A DNA stretch of 64,000 bases from Eledone cirrhosa (Eukaryota), in the NCBI GenBank assembly GCA_964016885.1, contig OZ024740.1, positions 438,836,001 to 438,900,000 of the forward strand. The letters are read 5' to 3'. A program made the position numbers and the translations under genes. Position 1 is the first letter of the stretch. Every line of letters begins with the position of its first letter. This document shows positions 40,501-58,500 of the stretch, piece after piece. The notes under the pieces are model-generated. The model ran no database searches, had not been told where the DNA came from, and worked only from the letters and a program-made list of their open reading frames with translations.

Positions 40501-43500
40501 TACGCTGTGGTACAGTTCACAACTGTACATAGACAGTATGGTATGGTACACTTCACAACTGTACATAGACTGTAGGGTATGGTACACTTCACAACTGTAC
40601 ATAGGCAGTCTGGTATAGTACACTTCACAACAGTACATATACTGTAAGGTATGGTACACTTCACAACTCTACATCGACTGTACGGTGTGGTATGGTACAC
40701 TTCACAAATGTACATAGACTGTATGATATGGACACTTCCCAAATGTACATAGACTGTACGGTTTGGTACACTTCGCAACTCTATATAGACTGTATGGCAA
40801 GGTACACTACACAACTGTACATAGACTGTACGATATTGTACACTTCATAACTCTACATAGATTGTATGGTATGGTACACTTCACATATCTACATAGACTG
40901 TATGGTATGGTATACTTCACAATTGTACATAGACTGTATGGTATAGTACAGTTCACAACTGTTCATAGACTGTATGGTATGGTACACTTCACAACTGTAC
41001 ATAGACTGTATGGTATAGTACACTTCACAATTGTACATAGACAGTATGGTACACTTCACAAGTGTACACAGACTGTACGGTATGGTACACTTCACAACTG
41101 TACATAGATAGTACGGTGTGGTACATTTCACAACTGTACATATAGTGTACGGTATGGTACACTTCACATCTGTACATAGACAGTATGGTATGGTACACTA
41201 ACAACTGTACGTAGACTGTATGGTATGGTACACTTCACAACTATACATAGACTGTACGGTGTGGTACACTTCAGAACTGTACATAGACTGTATGGTATGG
41301 TACACTTCACAACTGTACATAGACAGTATGGTATGGTACACTTCACAACTGTACATAGACTGTATGGTATTGTACACTTCACAACAGTACATAGACAGTA
41401 TGGTATGGTACACTTCGGAACTGTACATAGACAGTACGGTATGGTACACTTCACAACTGTACATAGACAGTACGGTATTGTACACTTCACAACTGTTCAT
41501 AGACAGTATGGTATGGTACACTTCGCAACTGTACATAGACTGTACGGTGTGGTACACTTCACAATTGTACATAGACTGTATGGTATGGTACACTTCACAA
41601 CTGTACATAGACTATATGGTATGGTACACTTCACGACTGTACATAGACAGTATGGTATGGTACACATCGCAACTGTACATAGACTGTACGGTATGGTACA
41701 CTTCACAACTCTACATAGACTGTATGGTAAGGTACACTTCACAATTTTACATAGATTGTACCGTATGGTACACTTCATAACTGTACATAGACTGTATGAT
41801 AAGGTACACTTCACAACTGTACATAGACTGTATGGTATGGTACACTTCACAACTGAACATAGACTGTACGGTGTGGTACACTTCACAACAGTACATAGAC
41901 TGTATGGTATGGTACACTTCACAACTATACATATACTGTATGGTATGGTACACTTCACAACTGTACATAGACTGTATGGTATGGTACACCTCACAACTGT
42001 ACATAGACTGTACGGTATGGTACACTTCACATCTGTACATAGACTGTATGGTATGGTACACTTCGCAACTGTACATAGAGTGTACGGTGTGGTATGGTAC
42101 ACTTCACAAATGTACATAGACTGTATGATATGGACACTCTCCAAATGTACATAGACTGTACGGTATGGTACACTTCAGAACTGTAAAAAGACAGTATGTA
42201 TGGTACACTTCACAATTGTACATAGACAGTACGGTATGATATATTTCACAACTGTACAAAGACAGTATGGTATGGTACACTTCACAACTGTGCATAGACT
42301 GTACGGTATGGTACACTTCACAACTGTACATAGAGAGTATGGTATGGTACACTTCACAACTGTACATAGATTGTATGGTATGATACACTTCACAATTGTA
42401 CATAGACTGTACGGTATGGTACACTTCACATCTGTACATAGACTGTACGCTATGGTACACTTCACAACTGTACATAGACAGTATGGTATGGTACACTTCA
42501 CAACTGTACAGAGACTGTACGGTATGGTACACTTCACAACTATACATAGTCAATCTGGTATAGTACACTTCTCAATTGTACATAGACTGTAATGTATGGT
42601 ACACTTCGCAACTGTACATAGACTGTATGGTATGGTACACTTCACAACTGTACATAGACTGTATGGCATGGTACACTTCACAACAGTACATAGACAGTAT
42701 GGTACACTTCGCAAATGTACATAGACAGTACGGTATGGTACACTTCCCAACTGTACATAGACAGTACGGTATTGTACACTTCAGAACTGTTCATAGACTG
42801 TAAGGTATGGTATGGTGCTCTTTACAACTGTACAATGACTGTATGGTATGGTACAATTCACAACTGTACATAGACAGTATGGTATGGTACACATCACAAC
42901 TGTACATAGACTGTACGGTATGGTACACTTCACAACTGTACATAGACAGTATGGTATAGTACACTTCACAACTGTACATAGACTGTACGGTATGGTACAC
43001 TTCACAACTGTACATAGACTGTATGGTATGGTACACTTGCTAACTGTACATAGACTGTACGGTATGGTACACTTCACAACTGTACATAGACTGTACGGTG
43101 TGGTATGGTACACTTCACAACTGTACGGTGTGGTATGGTACACTTCACAACTGTACATAGACTGTACGATATGGTACACTTCACAACTGTACATAGACAA
43201 TATGGTATGATACACTTCGCAACTGTACATAGACAGTATGGTATGGTACACTTCACAACTGTACATAGACAGTATGGTATGGTACTCTTCACAACTGTAC
43301 ATAGACAGTACGGTATGGCACACTTCGCAACTGTACATAAACAGTATGGTATGGTACACTTCACAACTGTGCATAGACAGTATGGTATGATACACTTCAC
43401 AACTGAACATAGACAGTATGGTATGGTACACTTCACAACTGTACATAGACAGTATGGTATGGTACAGTTCACAACAGTACATAGACTGTAAGGTATGGTA

Positions 43501-46500
43501 CACTTCAGAACTGTACATAGACTGTATGGTATGGTACACTTGAGAGCTGTACATAGACTCTAAGGTATGGTACACTTCACAACTGTACATAGACTGTATG
43601 GTATGCTACACTTCACAACTGTACATATACTGTACGGTATGGTACACTTCACAACTGTACATAGAGAGTATGGTATGGTACACTTCACAACTGTACATAG
43701 AGAGTATGGTATGGTACACATCACAACTGTACATAGAATGTACGGAATGGTACACTTCACAACTCTACATAGACTGTATGGTATGGTACACTTCATAACT
43801 GTACATAGACTGTATGGTATGGCACACTTCACAACTGTACATAGACTGTATGGTATGGTACATTTCACAACTGTACATAGACTGTACGGTGTGGTACACT
43901 TCACAACTGTGCATAGATTGTATAGTATGGTACACTTCACAACTGTACATAGACAGTATGGTATGGTACACTTCACAACTGTACATAGACTGTATGGTAT
44001 GGTACACTTCACAACAGTACATAGACAGTACAGTGTCCAACACTTCACAACTGTACATAGACAGTACGGTATTGTACACTTCACAACTGTTCATAGACTG
44101 TATGGTATGGTATGGTGCTCTTTTCAACTGTACAATGCCTGTATGGTATGGTACACTTCACAACTGTACTAAGACAGTACGGTATTGTACACTTCACCAC
44201 TGTACATAGACTGTATGGTATGGTATGGTACATTTCACAACTGTACATAGACAGTATGGTATGGTACACTTCACAACTGTAATTAGAGAGTACGGTGTGG
44301 TTCACTTCACAAGTGTACATAGACTGTACGGTATGGTACACTTCACAACTGTACATAGACTGTATGGTATGGTACACTTCACAACTGTACAGAGACAGTA
44401 TGGTATGGTACACTTCACAACTGTACATATACTGTAAGGTATGGTACACTTGACAATTGTACATAGACAGTATGGTCTGGTACTCTTCACATCTGTACAT
44501 AGACAGTATGGTATGGTACACTTCACAACTGTCCATAGACAGTATCGTATGGTACACTTCACAACTGTACATAGACTGTACGATATGGTACACTTCACAG
44601 CTGTACATAGACAGTATGGTATGATACACATCGCAACTGTACATAGACAGTATGGTATGGTACACTTCACAACTGTGCAAAGACAATATGGTATGGTACT
44701 CTTCACAACTGTACATAGACAGTACGGTATGGCACACTTCGCAACTGTACATAGACAGTATTGTATGGTACACTTCACAACTGTACATAGACTGTATGGT
44801 ATGGTACACTTCACAGCTGTACATAGACTCTAAGGTATGGTACACTTCACAACTGTACATAGACTGTATGGTATGCTACACTTCACAACTGTACATAAAC
44901 AGTATGGTATGGTACACTTCACAAATGTACATAGACTGTATGGTATGGTATACTTCACAATTGTACATAGACTGTATGGTATGGTACACTTGACAACTGT
45001 ACATAGAGTGTATGGTATGGTACACTTCACAATTGTACATAGACTGTATGGTATGGTACAATTCACAAACGTACATAGCCTGTACGCTATGGTACACTTC
45101 ACAACTGTACATAGACTGTATGGTATGGTATGGTACACTTCCTAACTGTACATAGATTGTACGGTATGGTACACTTCGCAACTGTACATAGACTGTACGG
45201 TGTGGTATGGTACACTTCACAAATGTACATAGACTGTATGATATGGACACTTCCTAAATGTACATAGACTGTATGGTAAGGTACACTTCACAACTGTACA
45301 TAGACGGTACGGTATGGTACACTTCATAACTGTACATAGACTGTACGGTATGGTACACTTCACAACTGTACATAGACAGTATGGTATAGTACACTTCACA
45401 ACTGTACATAGACTGTACGGTATGGTACACTTCACAACTGTACATAGACTGTATGGTATGGTACACTTCACAACTGTACATAGACTGTATGGTATGGCAC
45501 ACTTGCTAACTGTACATAAACTGTACGGTATGGTACACTTCGCAACTGTACATAGACTGTACGGTGTGGTATGGTACACTTCACAACTGTACGGTGTGGT
45601 ATGGTACACTTCACAACTGTACATAGACTGTACGATATGGTACACTTCACAACTGTACATAGACAATATGGTATGATACACTTCGCAACTGTACATAGAC
45701 AGTATGGTATGGTACACTTCACAACTGTACATAGACAGTATGGTATGGTACTCTTCACAACTGTACATAGACAGTACGGTATGGCACACTTCGCAACTGT
45801 ACATAAACAGTATGGTATGGTACACTTCACAACTGTGCATAGACAGTATGGTATGATACACTTCACAACTGTACATAGACAGTATGGTATGGTACACTTC
45901 ACAACTGTACATAGACAGTATGGTATGGTACAGTTCACAACTGTACATATACTGTAAGGTATGGTACACTTCAGAACTGTACATAGACTGTATGGTATGG
46001 TACACTTGAGAGCTGTACATAGACTCTAAGGTATGGTACACTTCACAACTGTACATAGACTGTATGGTATGCTACACTTCACAACTGTACATATACTGTA
46101 CGGTATGGTACACTTCACAACTGTACATAGAGAGTATGGTATGGTACACATCACAACTGTACATAGAATGTACGGTATGGTACACTTCACAACTGTACAT
46201 AGACTGTATGGTATGGTACATTTCACAACTGTACATAGACTGTACGGTGTGGTACACTTCACAACTGTGCATAGATTGTATGGTATGGTACACTTCACAA
46301 CTGTACATAGACAGTATGGTATGGTACACTTCACAACTGTACATAGACTGTATGGTATGGTACACTTCACAACAGTACATAGACAGTACAGTGTACAACA
46401 CTTCACAACTGTACATAGACAGTACGGTATTGTACACTTCACAACTGTTCATAGACTGTATGGTATGGTATGGTGCTCTTTTCAACTGTACAATGACTGT

Positions 46501-49500
46501 ATGGTATTGTACACTTCACAAATGTACTAAGACAGTACGGTATTGTACACTTCACCACTGTACATAGACTGTATGGTATGGTATGGTACATTTCACAACT
46601 GTACAGAGACAGTATGGTATGGTACACTTCACAACTATACATAGACAGTATGGTATGGTAAACTTCACAACTGTACATAGACAGTACGGTGTGGTACACT
46701 TCACAACTGTACATAGACAGTATGGTTTGGTATGGCACACTTCACAACTGTACATAGACAGTATGGTATGGTACACTTCACAACTGTACATATATTGTAC
46801 GGTATGGCACACTTCACAACTGTACATAGACTGTATGGTATAGTACACTTCACAACTGTACATAGACTGTATGGTATGGTACACTTCACAACTGTACATA
46901 GACTGTACGGTAGGGTACACTTCACAACTGTACATAGACTGTATGGTATGGTACACATCCCAACTGTACATAGACTGTATGGTATGGTACGCTTCACAAC
47001 TGTACATAGACTGTTTGGTATGGTACGCTTCACAACAGTACATATACAGTACCTTGGGGTACACTTCACAACAGTACATCGATTGTAGGTATGGTACACT
47101 TCACAACTGTATATAGACTGTAATGTACGGTACACTTCACAACTGTACATAGACAGTACGGTGTGGTACACTTCACAACTGTACATAGACTGAATGGTAT
47201 GGTACACTTCACAACTGTATGTAGACAGTATGGTATGGTACACTTCACAACTGTACATAGACTGTATGGTATGGTACACTTCACAACAGTACATAGACTG
47301 TATGGTATGGTACACTTCACAACTGTACATAGACATTACGGCATTGTACACTTCACCACTGTACATAGACTGTATGGTATGGTACACTTCACAACTGTAC
47401 ATAGTCAGTATGGTATGGTACACTTCACAACTGTACATAGATTGTACGGTATGGTACACTTTTCAACTGTACATAGGCAGTATGGTATAGTACACGTCAA
47501 AACTGTACATAGACTGTATGGTATGGTACACTTCACAAATGTACATAGACTATACGGTATGGTACACTTCACAACTGTACATAGACTGTATGGCATGGTA
47601 CACTTTCTAACTGTACATAGACTGTACGGTATGGTACACTTCGCAACTGTACATAGACTGTATGATATGGACACTTCCTAAATGTACATAGACTGTATGG
47701 TAAGGTACACTTCACAACTGTACATAGACTGTACGGTATGGTACACTTCATAACTGTACATAGACTGTGTGGTATGGTACACTCCTCCACTGTACATAAA
47801 CAATACGGTATGGTACACTTCACAAATGTACATAGACTGTATGGTATGGTACACTTCACAACTGTACATAGACTGTACGGTTTGGTACACTTTACAACTG
47901 TACATAGACTGTATGGTATGGTACACTTTACAACTGTACATAGACAGTATGGTATGGTACACTTCGCAACTGTACATAGACAGTACGGTAATGTACACTT
48001 CACAACTGTACATAGACTGTACAGTGTGGAACACTTCACAACTGTACATAGACAGTACGGTATTGTACACTTCACAACTGTTCATGGACTGTATGGTGTG
48101 GTATGGTATGGTGCTCTTTACAACTGTACAATGACTGTATGGTATGGTACACTTCACAACTGTACTAAGACAGTACGGTATTGTACACTTCACAACTATA
48201 AATAGACTGTATGGTATGGTATGGTACACTTCACAACTGTACATAGACTGTACGGTATGGTACACTTCACAACTGTACATAGGCAGTATGGTATAGTACA
48301 CTTCACAACTATAAATAGACTGTATGGTATGGTACACTTCACCACTGTACGTAAACTGTACGGTATGGTACACTTCGCAATTGTACATAGACTGTACGGT
48401 GTAGTATGGTACACTTCACAAATGTACATAGACTGTATGATATGGACACTTTCCAAATGTACATAGACTGTACGCTATGGTACACTTCACAACTCTACAT
48501 AGACTGTATGGTAAGGTACACTTCACAACTGTACATAGACTGTACGGTGTGTTACACTTCATAACTGTACATAGACTGTATGGTATCGTACACTCCACAA
48601 CTGTACATAAACAGTAAGGTATAGTACACTTGACAAATGTACATAGACTGTATGGTATGGTATACTTCACAATTGTACATAGACTGTATGGTATGGTACA
48701 CTTCACAACTGTACATAGACTGTACGGTATGGTACACTTCACAACTGTACATAGACTGTATGGTATGGTACACTTCACAACTGTACATAGACTGTATGGT
48801 GTGGTACACTTCACAATTATACATAGACTGTATGGTATGGTACACTTCACAATTGTACATAGACAGTATGGTATTGTACATTTCACAACTGTACGTATAC
48901 TGTATGGTATGGTATACTTCACAACAGTACATAGACAGTATGGTATGGTACACTTCGCAACTGTACATAGACAGTACGGTATGGTACACTTCACAACTGT
49001 ACATAGACAGTACGGTGTGGTACACTTCACAACTGTACATAGAGAGTATGGTACGGAATGGTACACTTCAAAACAGTACAGAGACAGTACGGTATGGTAC
49101 ACTTCCCAACTGTACATAGATTGTATGGTATGGTACACTTCCCAACTGTACATAAACTGTATGGTATGGTATACATCACAACTGTACATATACAGTATGG
49201 TATGGTACACTTCACAACTGTACATAGACTGTACGGTTTGGTACAGTTCACAACTGTACATAGACTGTATGGTATGGTACACTTCACAACTGTACATAGA
49301 CAGTATGGTGTGGTACACTTCACAACTGTACATAGACAGTAAGGTATTGTACACTTCACAACTGTACATATACTGTATGGTATGGTATGGTACACTTCAC
49401 AACTGTACATATAGTGTGCGGTGTAGTAGACTATACAACTGTACATAGACAGTATGGTATTGTACACTTCACAACTGTACATAGACTGTATGGTACACTT

Positions 49501-52500
49501 CACAACTGTACACAGAGTGTACGGTATGGTACACTTCACAACTGTACATAGACTGTATGGTATGGTACACTTCACAACTCTACATAGACTGTACGGTATT
49601 GTACACTTCACAACCGTACATAGACTGTATGGTATGGTACACTTCCCAACTGTACATAGAGTGTATGGTATGGTACACTTCGCAACTGTACATAGACTGT
49701 ACGGTGTTGTATGGTACACTTCACAAATGTACATATAGAGTATCGTATGATACACTTCACAACTGTACATATACTGTATGGTATGGTGGTACACTTCACA
49801 ACTGTACATAGACTGTACTGTATGATACATTTCACAACTGTACGAAGACAGTATGGTATGTTACACTTCACAACTGTACATAGACTGTACTGTATGATAC
49901 ATTTCACAACTGTAAAAAGACAGTATGGTATGGTACACTTCACAACTGTACATAGACTGTACAGTATGGTACACTTCACAACTGTACATAGAGAGTATGG
50001 TATGGTACACTTCACAAATGTTCATAGACTGTATGGTATGGTAGACTTCACAATTGTACATACACTGTATGGTATGGTACACTTCACAACTGTACATAGA
50101 CTGTACGCTGTGGTACAGTTCACAACTGTACATAGACAGTATGGTATGGTACACTTCACAACTGTACATAGACTGTAGGGTATGGTACACTTCACAACTG
50201 TACATAGGCAGTCTGGTATAGTACACTTCACAACAGTACATATACTGTAAGGTATGGTACACTTCACAACTCTACATAGACTGTACGGTGTGGTATGGTA
50301 CACTTCACAAATGTACATAGACTGTATGATATGGACACTTCCCAAATGTACATAGACTGTACGGTTTGGTACACTTCGCAACTCTATATAGACTGTATGG
50401 CAAGGTACACTACACAACTGTACATAGACTGTACGATATTGTACACTTCATAACTCTACATAGATTGTATGGTATGGTACACTTCACATATCTACATAGA
50501 CTGTATGGTATGGTATACTTCACAATTGTACATAGACTGTATGGTATAGTACAGTTCACAACTGTTCATAGACTGTATGGTATGGTACACTTCACAACTG
50601 TACATAGACTGTATGGTATAGTACACTTCACAATTGTACATAGACAGTATGGTACACTTCACAAGTGTACACAGACTGTACGGTATGGTACACTTCACAA
50701 CTGTACATAGATAGTACGGTGTGGTACATTTCACAACTGTACATATAGTGTACGGTATGGTACACTTCACATCTGTACATAGACAGTATGGTATGGTACA
50801 CTAACAACTGTACGTAGACTGTATGGTATGGTACACTTCACAACTATACATAGACTGTACGGTGTGGTACACTTCAGAACTGTACATAGACTGTATGGTA
50901 TGGTACACTTCACAACTGTACATAGACAGTATGGTATGGTACACTTCACAACTGTACATAGACTGTATGGTATTGTACACTTCACAACAGTACATAGACA
51001 GTATGGTATGGTACACTTCGGAACTGTACATAGACAGTACGGTATGGTACACTTCACAACTGTACATAGACAGTACGGTATTGTACACTTCACAACTGTT
51101 CATAGACAGTATGGTATGGTACACTTCGCAACTGTACATAGACTGTACGGTGTGGTACACTTCACAATTGTACATAGACTGTATGGTATGGTACACTTCA
51201 CAACTGTACATAGACTATATGGTATGGTACACTTCACGACTGTACATAGACAGTATGGTATGGTACACATCGCAACTGTACATAGACTGTACGGTATGGT
51301 ACACTTCACAACTCTACATAGACTGTATGGTAAGGTACACTTCACAATTTTACATAGATTGTACCGTATGGTACACTTCATAACTGTACATAGACTGTAT
51401 GATAAGGTACACTTCACAACTGTACATAGACTGTATGGTATGGTACACTTCACAACTGAACATAGACTGTACGGTGTGGTACACTTCACAACAGTACATA
51501 GACTGTATGGTATGGTACACTTCACAACTATACATATACTGTATGGTATGGTACACTTCACAACTGTACATAGACTGTATGGTATGGTACACCTCACAAC
51601 TGTACATAGACTGTACGGTATGGTACACTTCACATCTGTACATAGACTGTATGGTATGGTACACTTCGCAACTGTACATAGAGTGTACGGTGTGGTATGG
51701 TACACTTCACAAATGTACATAGACTGTATGATATGGACACTCTCCAAATGTACATAGACTGTACGGTATGGTACACTTCAGAACTGTAAAAAGACAGTAT
51801 GTATGGTACACTTCACAATTGTACATAGACAGTACGGTATGATATATTTCACAACTGTACAAAGACAGTATGGTATGGTACACTTCACAACTGTGCATAG
51901 ACTGTACGGTATGGTACACTTCACAACTGTACATAGAGAGTATGGTATGGTACACTTCACAACTGTACATAGATTGTATGGTATGATACACTTCACAATT
52001 GTACATAGACTGTACGGTATGGTACACTTCACATCTGTACATAGACTGTACGCTATGTTACACTTCACAACTGTACATAGACAGTATGGTATGGTACACT
52101 TCACAACTGTACAGAGACTGTACGGTATGGTACACTTCACAACTATACATAGTCAATCTGGTATAGTACACTTCTCAATTGTACATAGACTGTAATGTAT
52201 GGTACACTTCGCAACTGTACATAGACTGTATGGTATGGTACACTTCACAACTGTACATAGACTGTATGGCATGGTACACTTCACAACAGTACATAGACAG
52301 TATGGTACACTTCGCAAATGTACATAGACAGTACGGTATGGTACACTTCCCAACTGTACATAGACAGTACGGTATTGTACACTTCAGAACTGTTCATAGA
52401 CTGTAAGGTATGGTATGGTGCTCTTTACAACTGTACAATGACTGTATGGTATGGTACAATTCACAACTGTACATAGACAGTATGGTATGGTACACATCAC

Positions 52501-55500
52501 AACTGTACATAGACTGTACGGTATGGTACACTTCACAACTGTACATAGACAGTATGGTATAGTACACTTCACAACTGTACATAGACTGTACGGTATGGTA
52601 CACTTCACAACTGTACATAGACTGTATGGTATGGTACACTTGCTAACTGTACATAGACTGTACGGTATGGTACACTTCACAACTGTACATAGACTGTACG
52701 GTGTGGTATGGTACACTTCACAACTGTACGGTGTGGTATGGTACACTTCACAACTGTACATAGACTGTACGATATGGTACACTTCACAACTGTACATAGA
52801 CAATATGGTATGATACACTTCGCAACTGTACATAGACAGTATGGTATGGTACACTTCACAACTGTACATAGACAGTATGGTATGGTACTCTTCACAACTG
52901 TACATAGACAGTACGGTATGGCACACTTCGCAACTGTACATAAACAGTATGGTATGGTACACTTCACAACTGTGCATAGACAGTATGGTATGATACACTT
53001 CACAACTGAACATAGACAGTATGGTATGGTACACTTCACAACTGTACATAGACAGTATGGTATGGTACAGTTCACAACTGTACATAGACTGTAAGGTATG
53101 GTACACTTCAGAACTGTACATAGACTGTATGGTATGGTACACTTGAGAGCTGTACATAGACTCTAAGGTATGGTACACTTCACAACTGTACATAGACTGT
53201 ATGGTATGCTACACTTCACAACTGTACATATACTGTACGGTATGGTACACTTCACAACTGTACATAGAGAGTATGGTATGGTACACTTCACAACTGTACA
53301 TAGAGAGTATGGTATGGTACACATCACAACTGTACATAGAATGTACGGTATGGTACACTTCACAACTCTACATAGACTGTATGGTATGGTACACTTCATA
53401 ACTGTACATAGACTGTATGGTATGGCACACTTCACAACTGTACATAGACTGTATGGTATGGTACATTTCACAACTGTACATAGACTGTACGGTGTGGTAC
53501 ACTTCACAACTGTGCATAGATTGTATAGTATGGTACACTTCACAACTGTACATAGACAGTATGGTATGGTACACTTCACAACTGTACATAGACTGTATGG
53601 TATGGTACACTTCACAACAGTACATAGACAGTACAGTGTCCAACACTTCACAACTGTACATAGACAGTACGGTATTGTACACTTCACAACTGTTCATAGA
53701 CTGTATGGTATGGTATGGTGCTCTTTTCAACTGTACAATGCCTGTATGGTATGGTACACTTCACAACTGTACTAAGACAGTACGGTATTGTACACTTCAC
53801 CACTGTACATAGACTGTATGGTATGGTATGGTACATTTCACAACTGTACATAGACAGTATGGTATGGTACACTTCACAACTGTAATTAGAGAGTACGGTG
53901 TGGTTCACTTCACAAGTGTACATAGACTGTACGGTATGGTACACTTCACAACTGTACATAGACTGTATGGTATGGTACACTTCACAACTGTACAGAGACA
54001 GTATGGTATGGTACACTTCACAACTGTACATATACTGTAAGGTATGGTACACTTGACAATTGTACATAGACAGTATGGTCTGGTACTCTTCACATCTGTA
54101 CATAGACAGTATGGTATGGTACACTTCACAACTGTCCATAGACAGTATCGTATGGTACACTTCACAACTGTACATAGACTGTACGATATGGTACACTTCA
54201 CAGCTGTACATAGACAGTATGGTATGATACACATCGCAACTGTACATAGACAGTATGGTATGGTACACTTCACAACTGTGCAAAGACAATATGGTATGGT
54301 ACTCTTCACAACTGTACATAGACAGTACGGTATGGCACACTTCGCAACTGTACATAGACAGTATTGTATGGTACACTTCACAACTGTACATAGACTGTAT
54401 GGTATGGTACACTTCACAGCTGTACATAGACTCTAAGGTATGGTACACTTCACAACTGTACATAGACTGTATGGTATGCTACACTTCACAACTGTACATA
54501 AACAGTATGGTATGGTACACTTCACAAATGTACATAGACTGTATGGTATGGTATACTTCACAATTGTACATAGACTGTATGGTATGGTACACTTGACAAC
54601 TGTACATAGAGTGTATGGTATGGTACACTTCACAATTGTACATAGACTGTATGGTATGGTACAATTCACAAACGTACATAGCCTGTACGCTATGGTACAC
54701 TTCACAACTGTACATAGACTGTATGGTATGGTATGGTACACTTCCTAACTGTACATAGATTGTACGGTATGGTACACTTCGCAACTGTACATAGACTGTA
54801 CGGTGTGGTATGGTACACTTCACAAATGTACATAGACTGTATGATATGGACACTTCCTAAATGTACATAGACTGTATGGTAAGGTACACTTCACAACTGT
54901 ACATAGACGGTACGGTATGGTACACTTCATAACTGTACATAGACTGTACGGTATGGTACACTTCACAACTGTACATAGACAGTATGGTATAGTACACTTC
55001 ACAACTGTACATAGACTGTACGGTATGGTACACTTCACAACTGTACATAGACTGTATGGTATGGTACACTTCACAACTGTACATAGACTGTATGGTATGG
55101 CACACTTGCTAACTGTACATAAACTGTACGGTATGGTACACTTCGCAACTGTACATAGACTGTACGGTGTGGTATGGTACACTTCACAACTGTACGGTGT
55201 GGTATGGTACACTTCACAACTGTACATAGACTGTACGATATGGTACACTTCACAACTGTACATAGACAATATGGTATGATACACTTCGCAACTGTACATA
55301 GACAGTATGGTATGGTACACTTCACAACTGTACATAGACAGTATGGTATGGTACTCTTCACAACTGTACATAGACAGTACGGTATGGCACACTTCGCAAC
55401 TGTACATAAACAGTATGGTATGGTACACTTCACAACTGTGCATAGACAGTATGGTATGATACACTTCACAACTGTACATAGACAGTATGGTATGGTACAC

Positions 55501-58500
55501 TTCACAACTGTACATAGACAGTATGGTATGGTACAGTTCACAACTGTACATATACTGTAAGGTATGGTACACTTCAGAACTGTACATAGACTGTATGGTA
55601 TGGTACACTTGAGAGCTGTACATAGACTCTAAGGTATGGTACACTTCACAACTGTACATAGACTGTATGGTATGCTACACTTCACAACTGTACATATACT
55701 GTACGGTATGGTACACTTCACAACTGTACATAGAGAGTATGGTATGGTACACATCACAACTGTACATAGAATGTACGGTATGGTACACTTCACAACTGTA
55801 CATAGACTGTATGGTATGGTACATTTCACAACTGTACATAGACTGTACGGTGTGGTACACTTCACAACTGTGCATAGATTGTATGGTATGGTACACTTCA
55901 CAACTGTACATAGACAGTATGGTATGGTACACTTCACAACTGTACATAGACTGTATGGTATGGTACACTTCACAACAGTACATAGACAGTACAGTGTACA
56001 ACACTTCACAACTGTACATAGACAGTACGGTATTGTACACTTCACAACTGTTCATAGACTGTATGGTATGGTATGGTGCTCTTTTCAACTGTACAATGAC
56101 TGTATGGTATTGTACACTTCACAAATGTACTAAGACAGTACGGTATTGTACACTTCACCACTGTACATAGACTGTATGGTATGGTATGGTACATTTCACA
56201 ACTGTACATAGACTGTATGGTATGGTACACTTCACAACTATACATAGACAGTACGGTGTGGTACACTTCACAACTGTACATAGACAGTATGGTATGGTAC
56301 ACTTCACAACTGTAATTAGAGAGTACGGTGTGGTTCACTTCACAAGTGTACATATACTGTAAGGTATGGTACACTTGACAATTGTACATAGACAGTATGG
56401 TCTGGTACTCTTCACATCTGTACATAGACAGTATGGTATGGTACACTTCACAACTGTACATAGACTGTATGATATGGTACACTTCCCAGCTGTACATAGA
56501 CAGTATGGTATGATACACTTCGCAACTGTACATAGACAGTATGGTATGGTACACTTCACAACTGTGCAAAGACAGTATGGTATGGTACTCTTCACAACTG
56601 TACATAGACAGTACGGTATGGCACACTTTGCAACTGTACATAGACAGTATTGTATGGTACACTTCACAACTGTACATAGACTGTATGGTATGGTACACTT
56701 CACAGCTGTACATAGACTCTAAGGTATGGTACACTTCACAACTGTACATAGACTGTATGGTATGCTACACTTCACAACTGTACATAAACAGTATGGTATG
56801 GTACACTTCACAAATGTACATAGACTGTATGGTATGGTATACTTCACAATTGTACATAGACTGTATGGTATGGCACACTTCACAACTGTACATAGACTGT
56901 ATGGTATGGTACATTTCACAACTGTACATAGACTGTACGGTGTGGTACACTTCACAACTGTGCATAGATTGTATGGTATGGTACACTTCACAACTGTACA
57001 TAGACAGTATGGTATGGTACACTTCACAACTCTACATAGACTGTATGATATGGTACACTTCACAACAGTACATAGACAGTACAGTGTCCAACACTTCACA
57101 ACTGTACATAGACAGTACGGTATTGTACACTTCACAACTGTTCATAGACTGTATGGTATGGTATGGTGCTCTTTTAAACTGTACAATGACTGTATGGTAT
57201 TGTACACTTCACAACTGTACTAAGACAGTACGGTATTGTACACTTCACCACTGTACATAGACTGTATGGTATGGTATGGTACATTTCACAACTGTACATA
57301 GACTGTATGGTATGGTACACTACACAACTATACATAGACAGTACGGTGTGGTACACTTCACAACTGTACATAGACAGTATGGTATGGTACACTTCACAAC
57401 TGTAATTAGAGAGTACGGTGTGGTTCACTTCACAAGTGTACATAGACTGTACGGTATGGTACACTTCACAACTGTACATAGACTGTATGGTATGGTACAC
57501 TTCACAACTGTACAGAGATAGTATGGTATGGTACACTTCACAACTGTACATATACTGTAAGGTATGGTACACTTGACAATTGTACATAGACAGTATGGTC
57601 TGGTATACTTCACAATTGTACATAGACTGTATGATATGGCACACTTCACAACTGTACATAGACTGTATGGTATGGTACATTTCACAACTGTACATAGACT
57701 GTACGGTGTGGTACACTTCACAACTGTACATAGACTATATGATATGGTACACTTCACAGCTGTACATAGACAGTATGGTATGATACACTTCGCAACTGTA
57801 CATAGACAGTATGGTATGGTACACTTCACAACTGTGCAAAGACAGTATGGTATGGTACTCTTCACAACTGTACATAGACAGTACGGTATGGCACACTTCG
57901 CAACTGTACATAGACAGTATTGTATGGTACACTTCACAACTGTACATAGACTGTATGGTATGGTACACTTCACAGCTGTACATAGACTCTAAGGTATGGT
58001 ACACTTCACAACTGTACATAGACTGTATGGTATGCTACACTTCACAACTGTACATAAACAGTATGGTATGGTACACTTCACAAATGTACATAGACTGTAT
58101 GGTATGGTATACTTCACAATTGTACATAGACTGTATGGTATGGTACACTTGACAACTGTACATAGACTGTATGGTATGGTACACTTCACAATTGTACATA
58201 GGCTGTATGGTATGGTACAATTCACAAACGTACATAGCCTGTACGCTATGGTACACTTCACAACTGTACATAGACTATACGGTATGGTACACTTCACAAC
58301 TGTACATAGACTGTATGGCATGGTACACTTTCTAACTGTACATAGACTGTACGGTATGGTACACTTCGCAACTGTACATAGACTGTATGATATGGACACT
58401 TCCTAAATGTACATAGACTGTATGGTAAGGTACACTTCACAACTGTACATAGACTGTACGGTATGGTACACTTCATAACTGTACATAGACTGTGTGGTAT